This document shows positions 17,020 through 24,477 of a stretch of 24,477 nt of DNA, in pieces. The DNA lies in contig JAGRHK010000001.1 of NCBI GenBank assembly GCA_020444985.1, forward strand, positions 1-24,477, read 5' to 3'. Position numbers and translations under genes: made by a program. Each line of letters begins with the position of its first letter. Within the stretch, counting starts at the first letter, position 1. The DNA comes from Candidatus Competibacteraceae bacterium (GTDB taxonomy: Bacteria > Pseudomonadota > Gammaproteobacteria > Competibacterales > Competibacteraceae). The notes beneath the pieces are model-generated. The model had not been told where the DNA came from and searched no databases. It saw nothing but the letters and a program-made list of their open reading frames with translations.

Positions 17020-18825
17020 TCAACGTCCACGCTGAAACAGCCGATCCAATTCGTCCAAGGTTAATTGAATCCAGGTGGGCCGGCCATGATTGCACTGACC
17101 GCTGTGATTGGTGCGCTCCATGTCGCGTAACAGAGCGCTCATTTCCAGCAAATTCATCGGTCGGTTGGCGCGGATCGCGCTGTGGCAGGCCAAACTAGCC
17201 AGCAGAGTCAAAATGGCTATTTCAACCCGATCGCTAGTTTCATGCGCGACCAAGTCAGCCAACATATCGCGCACCAGTCCGGCAATGTCCAGTCCTGCCA
17301 GCAATGCTGGAATTTGCCGTACGACCACGACGTCCGGCCCCATTATCGCCAACTCCAATCCAGCCTCAGCGAACAAGGGAGCATGCGTTTCGACCAATGC
17401 CCGCTCTTGCGGCGTCACGTTCAAAGTCACTGGCGTCAGGAGCGCCTGAGTTTTAAGGCCTTCTCCAGTCAGGGCGGTTTTCAGCCGCTCGTAAAGAATG
17501 CGTTCATGCGCAGCGTGCATATCCACGACCACCAGTCCCGCATCATTTTCCGCCAGAACATAAGCGCCGTGCAGTTGTCCGAGCGCATAACCAAGTGGCG
17601 GTGATTTAGCAACGACTTCACGAATAGCGTCGGCAGGCGTTTCCGGCAGTGAAGCCGCATGCAACTGACCATAGGCCGACAGCCGCTCTCCAACATGCAG
17701 CGGTAACCGCGGTTGGTTGGCGCTAAATGGACCGGCGGTTGCGCCTGATCCGCCTCGATTTCCACTGACTGCGCCTAGCCGTTCAACGGCTTGAGCTACC
17801 GGCGGCGGCGCTGCGCCAGGCCGTACTTCCGCAAGCGATGTCTGCACCGTGCGCCGAATAAACTCATGAACAGCCGACGATTCCCGGAACCGGACCTCGT
17901 GTTTGGCGGGGTGGGCATTGACATCGACAGCCGCTGGATCAAGCTCCAGATAGAGAACAGCCGCCGGTTGCCGATCCTGGTAGAGAACATCCTGGTAGGC
18001 TTGCCGCATCGCGTAAGCGATGACCCGGTCACGCACTGGCCGACCGTTAACCAGGAAATATTGCAAGTCGGATTGGGCGCGCGAGACGGTGGGTAACCCA
18101 AGCCAGCCCCAAAGTCGCAATCCGCCTTCGCTACGATCGAAGAAAATACTGGCCGCCACAAATTCCCGACCGCATAGCTCCCCGATGCGTTGCGTCCCTC
18201 CCTCTGCATGAGCTGCCGGCTCCAGATTCAAGACGGGCCGCTGGTTATGCCATAGGCTGAATCCGACGGCAAAGCGACTCAGGGCGAGCCGACGCACCGC
18301 TTCTTCGATATGGCCGAATTCAGTCCGCTCGCTGCGTAAAAATTTGCGGCGGGCCGGCACATTGAAGAACAGATCACGGACTTCCAGGGTGCTACCCATC
18401 GGATGGGATGCTGGGATCGGTTCATCAACAACTTCGCCGCCATCCCCACCAACTCGCCATCCGGTGTCCTCGTCCACCGTGCGCGAAGTCAGTGTCAGCC
18501 GTGACACCGAGGCGATGCTGGGCAAGGCTTCGCCGCGAAAGCCGAGACTGGAGACGTGTTGCAGATCGTCGAAACTGGCGATTTTGCTGGTAGCGTGACG
18601 AGCCAGCGCTAACGGTAGCTGGTCCGCTAGAATGCCGGAGCCGTTGTCGCGAACCCGAATAAGGCGGACGCCGCCTTGCTCGATTTCAACAACGATACGG
18701 GTAGCGCCGGCATCCAGACTATTCTCCAGCAATTCCTTGGCCGCTGACGCCGGACGCTCAACCACTTCGCCAGCAGCGATCTGGCTAATCAGTTGCGGCG
18801 GCAAGCGTTGAATGCGTAAGCTCAA
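17020..18825 (-). CDS. mutL: DNA mismatch repair protein MutL (endonuclease type)
   Basis: QIAAGEVVERPASAAKELLENSLDAGA, RHATSKI, LGFRGEALPSI, DLFFNVPARRKFL, VDVNAHPAKHEVRF, DMHAAHERILYE, CNHGRP. TTG start. Confidence 0.98.
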   Translation of the reverse strand: MSLRIQRLPPQLISQIAAGEVVERPASAAKELLENSLDAGATRIVVEIEQGGVRLIRVRDNGSGILADQLPLALARHATSKIASFDDLQHVSSLGFRGEALPSIASVSRLTLTSRTVDEDTGWRVGGDGGEVVDEPIPASHPMGSTLEVRDLFFNVPARRKFLRSERTEFGHIEEAVRRLALSRFAVGFSLWHNQRPVLNLEPAAHAEGGTQRIGELCGREFVAASIFFDRSEGGLRLWGWLGLPTVSRAQSDLQYFLVNGRPVRDRVIAYAMRQAYQDVLYQDRQPAAVLYLELDPAAVDVNAHPAKHEVRFRESSAVHEFIRRTVQTSLAEVRPGAAPPPVAQAVERLGAVSGNRGGSGATAGPFSANQPRLPLHVGERLSAYGQLHAASLPETPADAIREVVAKSPPLGYALGQLHGAYVLAENDAGLVVVDMHAAHERILYERLKTALTGEGLKTQALLTPVTLNVTPQERALVETHAPLFAEAGLELAIMGPDVVVVRQIPALLAGLDIAGLVRDMLADLVAHETSDRVEIAILTLLASLACHSAIRANRPMNLLEMSALLRDMERTNHSGQCNHGRPTWIQLTLDELDRLFQRGR

Positions 18826-18840
18826 GGGATGGCCCGGTTA

Positions 18841-20022
18841 TCAGCGAATAACTTTTTGCAGCACATCCATGACCTGCTTAGCGCCGGCTGAATGGTCCGG
18901 CCGGTCGTTGCCATCTCGCACCACCACCACCGTCTGTTCACCCTGTCCAGCCAGTCGGACGCGATAGCGGGTGCCGACCGGCGGCGCATCAGCCTTCCCA
19001 CTGCGCCAGAATGCCAGTTTGGAAAACCAGCCCTCATCCTCGGCCTTCTGGTTCTCCAGCTCAGGGTCGCGATATTCGACGACATAGAGACCCTGGCTGC
19101 GATTCTGTTCCTCTACAGCGTAATTACTACCGTCCAGCGCGAGGCCGACCAAGCGCCAGGCGCTCGAATAACCCTCGTTGATCAACAGTCGGCTTTCCCC
19201 ATCCTCTTCAATCAGACGAGTGCGCGCCACAGCAGGCGTTGTGCTCGCTTTGGCTTGCCGAATCTCGGCGCGCTTCTCTGATGCACCCAGGTAAACGGTC
19301 AGTCGGTTGAGCATTTCCGCCTCCAACTCCGGGCTGGAGGGCCGTCGTTGCCACATATAGGTATTGCTGGCGCTGGCGCTGGCGCCGCCTACCGCAACTT
19401 CTTCGACGCCGTAATGCGTCAGATAAACCTCGGTATTCGCCCCGTCCTCACTTCTTTCCAGGCGAGTGCGAAACTTGTCTCGGGTCGGCGCTGAGTACAG
19501 GACGTCCAGATATTGCTTCAACACACCGCGTAGACCATCCTGGGGAATATCAGCGCGATTCTCTACCCAGCCGGTTTCCATAATACCGATCGTCGGATCA
19601 TCGCGTTTGAGGGTGAAGCCATTACTAATCCAGAAGTCCCGAACTTTAGGCCAGGCTTGGTCTGCCGGCGCAGCGATAACCAGCCAGCGCTGGTCTCCAT
19701 CCTGCTGCAGAGTGATGCCAGGCTGTGACGGCAACACCGCAGCAGGTTGCTGGGCCTGGACCCCACTGCGTTCCTCGGCATAGGTCGCCAGACTGGCCGA
19801 CCCGGCCGGACCGATCTCTGGCACGATCAGCGTATCGTCAATCGTTGACGCCGTCAGATCGGGCGGAATTTCCAGGGGCTGCGTCACTGTGCTTTGCCGA
19901 TAATCCGGACGACGATCCGGTAACAGGGTGTCGAAACTCTTGGAACAACCGGTTAGCGCTAACGCTGCGGCGAGGATGCCCACCATCGCGCGCCACAGGG
20001 AATGTAAAAATTGCGTTGTCAT
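18841..20022 (-). CDS. bamC: Outer membrane protein assembly lipoprotein BamC (NlpB/DapX)
   Basis: Lipobox LALTGC, PLEIPPDLT, GDQRWLV, GIMETGWVENRA, RDKFRTRLE, AWRLVGLALD, GWFSKLAFW; usual position after dapA. Confidence 0.93.
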   Translation of the reverse strand: MTTQFLHSLWRAMVGILAAALALTGCSKSFDTLLPDRRPDYRQSTVTQPLEIPPDLTASTIDDTLIVPEIGPAGSASLATYAEERSGVQAQQPAAVLPSQPGITLQQDGDQRWLVIAAPADQAWPKVRDFWISNGFTLKRDDPTIGIMETGWVENRADIPQDGLRGVLKQYLDVLYSAPTRDKFRTRLERSEDGANTEVYLTHYGVEEVAVGGASASASNTYMWQRRPSSPELEAEMLNRLTVYLGASEKRAEIRQAKASTTPAVARTRLIEEDGESRLLINEGYSSAWRLVGLALDGSNYAVEEQNRSQGLYVVEYRDPELENQKAEDEGWFSKLAFWRSGKADAPPVGTRYRVRLAGQGEQTVVVVRDGNDRPDHSAGAKQVMDVLQKVIR

Positions 20023-20026
20023 GTTA

Positions 20027-20899
20027 TTACAGCACTCCAGCCTGCTGCATCGCAGCCCGCACCGCAGGCTGGAATGACTCGGAAAACGGCGTGAGCGGCA
20101 GGCGAATTCCCGGCGGAATCAGGTCTAGCTGGTTCACAGCCCATTTTACGGGGATGGGGTTGGATTCAAGAAACAGCGTCCTGTGCAATTCAGCCAGCCG
20201 GTGATTAATCGCTTCGGTGCCTGCGCGATCCCCGGCCAGCGCAGCGATGCACATCTCATGCATCAGGCGCGGGGCGACGTTGGCGGTTACCGAAATCACT
20301 CCCTGAGCGCCGCTGAGCATCGCTTCCGCAGCAATACCGTCGTCGCCACTGTAAATGCCCATGCGATCCCCGCAACGACGCACCAGATCCTGAATGCGCT
20401 CCAGAGTGCTGGCTTCCTTGATGCCGACAATGTTCGAAATGTCGGCTAATCGTTCGACCGTCTCCGGCTTCAGATCACAGGCCGTGCGTCCAGGAACATT
20501 GTAGAGAATTTGCGGGATCGCCACATGGTCCGCGATCAATTTGTAGTGCTGATACAGTCCTTCCTGGGTCGGCTTGTTATAATAAGGGGTAACCAGTAAG
20601 CAGGCGTCCGCGCCGATCTCCATCGCCTGCCGGGTCAGATGCAGCGCTTCGCTGGTGGAATTCGCCCCAGTGCCCGCAATGACCGGAATGCGTCCTCTGA
20701 CCTGCTCCACCACCTTGCGCACCGCAGCAATATGTTCCTCAAAATCCAGGGTTGCTGACTCGCCGGTGGTGCCCACGGCAACAATGCCGTCAGTTCCATT
20801 TTCAATATGGAATTCCAATAAACTTTCCAGCGCCGCGAAATCCAGCCCGCCATCCGCCTGCATCGGCGTTACAATAGCCACCATGCTGCCACGAAACAT
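20027..20899 (-). CDS. dapA: 4-hydroxy-tetrahydrodipicolinate synthase
   Basis: MFRGSMVAIVTPM, GTTGESATL, GTGANST, TPYYNKPTQEGL, LYNVPGRT, IVGIKEA, FLESNPIPVKWA. Start ATG 20899; 290 aa. Confidence 0.98.
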   Translation of the reverse strand: MFRGSMVAIVTPMQADGGLDFAALESLLEFHIENGTDGIVAVGTTGESATLDFEEHIAAVRKVVEQVRGRIPVIAGTGANSTSEALHLTRQAMEIGADACLLVTPYYNKPTQEGLYQHYKLIADHVAIPQILYNVPGRTACDLKPETVERLADISNIVGIKEASTLERIQDLVRRCGDRMGIYSGDDGIAAEAMLSGAQGVISVTANVAPRLMHEMCIAALAGDRAGTEAINHRLAELHRTLFLESNPIPVKWAVNQLDLIPPGIRLPLTPFSESFQPAVRAAMQQAGVL

Positions 20900-20990
20900 G
20901 ATTTTATACTCTCTGTTGACCCGCAATCGCCGCATGGTACGGATACCCGACGGGCTTGACAAGCGCCCCCGTTAAGACAGCGGAGAACCG

Positions 20991-21019
20991 TTTTCACCCC
21001 TGCTGGATACCTGTACACT
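20991..21019 (+). promoter_or_regulatory. Candidate sigma70 promoter of gcvR
   Basis: TTTTCA (20991-20996), 17 bp, TACACT (21014-21019); both hexamers match consensus at 4/6. Confidence 0.35.
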
Positions 21020-21063
21020 GCCATTATTACACCACCCTGTTCTCTGCCCGTAGGAATCCACCC

Positions 21064-21594
21064 GTGAAAAACTACCTGGTCATTTCCGCACTTGGAGAAG
21101 ATCGTCCCGGCCTGGTCAACGAACTGTCCCGGGCTATCCTGGACTGCGATTGCAACATCACGGACAGCCGCATGACCGTGCTGGGCGGCGAGTTTGCGAC
21201 TCTGCTGATGGTGCAGGGCAATTGGAATACCTTGACCAAACTGGAAATGCAACTCAAACGGTTGGAGCAGGCGCTGGGCATGACCATTATCGCCAAGCGC
21301 ACCGAAAGCCGGGTGGTCGCTGGCGATGTCCTGCCCTATGCGGTTGAAGTGGTTGCCGTCAATCAACCGGGCATCGTTCACCATTTAGCCAGCTTTTTCG
21401 CAAGTCGTTCGATCAATATCGAGGATATGGTGACCCGCAGTTACAGCGCGCCCCATACCGGTACGCCGATGTTCTCGGTCAATCTGGCCATCGGTATTCC
21501 CGCCAATACCCACATCGCCCTGCTGCGCGAGGAATTCCTTGATTTTTGCGATGACCTGAATCTGGATGCGGTGTTAGAGCCGATCAAGGGATGA
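21064..21594 (+). CDS. gcvR: GcvR-like double ACT-domain protein
   Basis: YLVISALGEDRPGLV...DSRMTVLGGEF and a second ACT repeat NQPGIVHHLASFFASRSINIEDM; divergent from dapA as usual. Start GTG 21064 with AGGA upstream. Confidence 0.92.
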   Translation: MKNYLVISALGEDRPGLVNELSRAILDCDCNITDSRMTVLGGEFATLLMVQGNWNTLTKLEMQLKRLEQALGMTIIAKRTESRVVAGDVLPYAVEVVAVNQPGIVHHLASFFASRSINIEDMVTRSYSAPHTGTPMFSVNLAIGIPANTHIALLREEFLDFCDDLNLDAVLEPIKG

Positions 21595-22994
21595 ATCATA
21601 TTCCCATGTCTGAATGCCGCCTGTTTATCCTTGACACGAACGTGCTGATGCACGACCCCACTGCCATGTTCCGCTTTCAGGAGCATGACATCTATTTACC
21701 CATGATGGTGCTGGAGGAGCTGGACCACGCCAAGAAAGGCGTTTCGGAGGTCGCCCGCAATGTCCGCCAGGTCAGCCGCTTCCTGGACGAATTGATCACG
21801 GGCGCTACCCAGGAGGAAATCGAGCAGGGACTGCCATTGCCTGGCGCACAGGGTCCACAAGGCGCATCGACCAGCGGCCGGTTATATTTTCAAACCCGTC
21901 CCACCCGGCTCAGTCCTTCCATTCCGCTGCCGGGCAATGCTCCGGATAACGACATTCTGGGCATGGCCCTGACCTTGCAACAAGATCATCCGCTGCATCA
22001 GATTACGTTGGTGTCCAAGGACATCAATCTGCGGATCAAAGCCGCCCTTCTCGGCATCCATGCCGAAGATTACTACAACGATCAGACGCTGGATGATGTC
22101 AATCTGCTGTATGGCGGCACTTGCGAGCTGCCGGTGGATTTCTGGGACACACATGGCCGGGAACTGGATTCCTGGAAGGAATGCGGTCGCACTTTTTACC
22201 GGGTTCGCGGCCCCGAAGTTGCGACTTGGCATCCGAATCAGGGCCTGCTGCCTGCGGATGACAGTCCGGCTTTCATTGTCCGCCAACAGTGCGGCCAAGA
22301 GGCGATTATTGAAATCCTCAAGGATTACACTGCGCCCGGTCATGCTGTTTGGGGCATGACTGCCCGCAACCGCGAGCAGAATTTCGCTCTCAACCTGTTG
22401 CTGGATAGCGAGATCGATTTCGTCACCCTGCTGGGCGCCGCCGGGACGGGTAAAACCCTGCTGACCCTGGCTGCTGGACTGACGCAGGTGCTGGATATCA
22501 AGCGCTACCGGGAAATCATTATGACCCGGGTCACCGTGCCGGTCGGTGAAGACATTGGATTCCTGCCGGGCACCGAGGAGGAAAAGATGACGCCCTGGAT
22601 GGGAGCGTTAATGGATAATCTGGAGGTGCTGGCGCCACAAGAAGGTGGGGAATGGGGGCGCGCCGCCACCGCCGATCTGTTGAGCAGCCGGATCAAGATT
22701 CGCTCGCTTAATTTCATGCGCGGACGGACTTTCCAGAACAAATATCTGATCCTCGACGAGGCACAGAATCTGACGCCCAAACAGATGAAAACCCTGATCA
22801 CGCGCGCCGGTCCCGGCACCAAGGTTATCTGTCTGGGCAACATCGCCCAAATCGATACGCCCTATCTATCGGAAACCACATCAGGTCTGACTTACGTCGT
22901 GGATCGCTTCAAGAGTTGGCCGCATGGCGGACATGTCACACTGCGACGTGGAGAACGGTCGCGGTTAGCGGAATTCGCCTCGGAACAACTGTAG
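21591..22994 (+). CDS. PIN domain + PhoH-family ATPase (PhoH2/YlaK-like)
   Basis: FILDTNVLMHDP, VLEELD, PDNDIL, LVSKDINLRIKA (PIN); ARNREQNFAL, Walker A GAAGTGKT, IGFLPGTEEEKM, FMRGRT, LILDEAQNLT, GNIAQIDTP (PhoH). Confidence 0.93.
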   Translation: MNHIPMSECRLFILDTNVLMHDPTAMFRFQEHDIYLPMMVLEELDHAKKGVSEVARNVRQVSRFLDELITGATQEEIEQGLPLPGAQGPQGASTSGRLYFQTRPTRLSPSIPLPGNAPDNDILGMALTLQQDHPLHQITLVSKDINLRIKAALLGIHAEDYYNDQTLDDVNLLYGGTCELPVDFWDTHGRELDSWKECGRTFYRVRGPEVATWHPNQGLLPADDSPAFIVRQQCGQEAIIEILKDYTAPGHAVWGMTARNREQNFALNLLLDSEIDFVTLLGAAGTGKTLLTLAAGLTQVLDIKRYREIIMTRVTVPVGEDIGFLPGTEEEKMTPWMGALMDNLEVLAPQEGGEWGRAATADLLSSRIKIRSLNFMRGRTFQNKYLILDEAQNLTPKQMKTLITRAGPGTKVICLGNIAQIDTPYLSETTSGLTYVVDRFKSWPHGGHVTLRRGERSRLAEFASEQL

Positions 22995-23005
22995 GAAGCG
23001 AACAC

Positions 23006-24454
23006 ATGGCCGATTATTTGATCGCCTTACTGCCTCTGGCCTGGTTGCTGTGGATCGCGCTGGTGGTCGTTGGATTGATCCTGGAGCGCCGCTCGCCGGC
23101 AGCGACGCTGGCCTGGGTGCTGGCGTTGCTGTTCATGCCCTACTTCGGTTTCTTGGTCTATCTGCTGTTCGGTCCACGCCGGCTGCATCGACGCCGGCTG
23201 CGCTATGGCCGCGCTCGTGAGCGCCTGACTCAGTCCACCCGTGATCCGCACTCTGATCATGCAATCCCGGAAGGCTTTCCAGACGCGGACTTTGAACGTC
23301 AGATCGCCCTGTTGCTGGCCCGGGTCGGCCAGGGTGCTCCCATGCCCGCAATCGGCATCACCGTACTGGAAACCGGCGACGCTTGCTATGAGGCCATCGA
23401 AACCGCCATTATGGCCGCTCAGCATCACATTCATTTGGAATACTACATTTGGCAACCCGACTTGATCGGCGTCCGCCTGCGCGACGCGTTGATTGAAAAA
23501 GCCCGTCACGGCGTTCAGGTGCGCCTGCTGCTCGACGCGATTGGTTCCGACCGGATTAATCACCGCTTTTTAAAGCCGTTGCAGAATGCCGGAGTCCAGA
23601 TCGCCTGGTTTAACCCGATTGGTCTGCGTCGATTCCGCCTGAAATACGTCAATTTTCGCACCCACCGCAAGATTGTCGTCTGTGATGGACAGGTTGGTTT
23701 CACTGGCAGCATCAATATCAGTGATGAACATAGTCAGATCAATCGCAGTCAGATCAATTGCAGTAACCAAGCTTGGCGTGATACGCACCTGCGCATCGAA
23801 GGCAAGCCGGTCCACCGACTGCAGTTCATTTTCCTGGAGGATTGGTATTTCGCCACTGACCAAGCGCCTTTTGAAAATGAATTCTTTCCCCGTTTCGCCG
23901 AAACGGCCGACCATTGGTTGCAAATTGTCGAATCCGGTCCCGACAACAACCACCACGCCATCGCCAAACTCTATTTCGCCACCATTACCAGCGCGCAACG
24001 GCAATTGCTGCTCGCAACGCCCTATTTCGTCCCCAACGAAGCGCTGACGACTGCGCTGATTACCGCCGCACTGCGTGGCGTGGACGTACATGTATTAACG
24101 CCCAAACAGGGTGATTCGCGACTGGCCACCGCTGCGGCTCGCAGTTACTACGACGAACTGGTCAGCGCTGGCGTTATTATTCACGAATATGGCCCGCCGA
24201 TGCTGCATGCCAAATTGATGGTGGTTGATGAACGGATCGCCGTAGTGGGCAGCGCCAATTTTGATAACCGGAGTTTGATGCTCAACTTTGAGGTCATCGC
24301 GGTGCTTTACGATGCAAAACTGGCGACGTGTTTGGCCCGTAGCTTCGCCAATGACCTGCATTGCGCCAGTCGCTATGTTAAACCGGGTCGGCGGGCGACG
24401 CTGAGCCAGCGGCTAGGCGAATCCACAGCGCGACTCTTGTCGCCGCTATTATAA
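23006..24454 (+). CDS. cls: Cardiolipin synthase (ClsA type, two N-terminal TM helices)
   Basis: RRSPAATLAWVL...PYFGFLVYLLFG, HIHLEYYIW, two HKD motifs THRKIVVCDG and LHAKLMVVDE, ATPYFVP, GSANFDNRSLMLNFE. Start ATG 23006 with AGGA upstream. Confidence 0.95.
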   Translation: MADYLIALLPLAWLLWIALVVVGLILERRSPAATLAWVLALLFMPYFGFLVYLLFGPRRLHRRRLRYGRARERLTQSTRDPHSDHAIPEGFPDADFERQIALLLARVGQGAPMPAIGITVLETGDACYEAIETAIMAAQHHIHLEYYIWQPDLIGVRLRDALIEKARHGVQVRLLLDAIGSDRINHRFLKPLQNAGVQIAWFNPIGLRRFRLKYVNFRTHRKIVVCDGQVGFTGSINISDEHSQINRSQINCSNQAWRDTHLRIEGKPVHRLQFIFLEDWYFATDQAPFENEFFPRFAETADHWLQIVESGPDNNHHAIAKLYFATITSAQRQLLLATPYFVPNEALTTALITAALRGVDVHVLTPKQGDSRLATAAARSYYDELVSAGVIIHEYGPPMLHAKLMVVDERIAVVGSANFDNRSLMLNFEVIAVLYDAKLATCLARSFANDLHCASRYVKPGRRATLSQRLGESTARLLSPLL

Positions 24455-24477
24455 CGCAGTCGGCTCTTCAACAACCT

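Noticed and set aside
11887-24361. Long alternative-frame ORFs such as 11887-12381, 14222-14782, 19466-19783, 20869-21384, 21882-22343, 23027-23563 and 23570-24091
   Set aside because: All overlap well-supported genes, lack motifs, and are expected in GC-rich DNA with few stop codons.

Overview
GC-rich gammaproteobacterial chromosome segment that is mostly core genome; the taxon cannot be fixed from sequence alone. Left to right: the 5' end of argB and purC (minus); an uncharacterised CbiM-fold membrane protein and djlA (plus); a Phd/YefM-PIN (VapBC-type) toxin-antitoxin pair, radC and nikR (minus); a five-gene ECF-type metal uptake operon divergent from nikR (DUF4198/NikK-like, NikM, NikL-like, NikQ, NikO) with a clear NikR operator over its promoter; a ~12.3 kb minus-strand run dapA-bamC-mutL-miaA-hfq-hflX-hflK-hflC-yjeT-hisZ-purA-yraN; and gcvR-PIN/PhoH-cls (plus). 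I see no rRNA, tRNA, CRISPR array, integrase or transposase, and no clear-cut new multi-gene system. The best leads are: (1) a solitary CbiM-like S-component whose N-terminus has Asn where the metal-binding His2 should be, 3 kb from a complete nickel ECF module; (2) an attenuator-like uORF/hairpin/U-tract between miaA and hfq; (3) a GTAG-family inverted REP doublet between hisZ and purA; (4) the NikR operator with a 15-bp rather than 16-bp spacer and an MAHIPDG NikM start. All homology calls come from motif recognition by eye; no database search was run.
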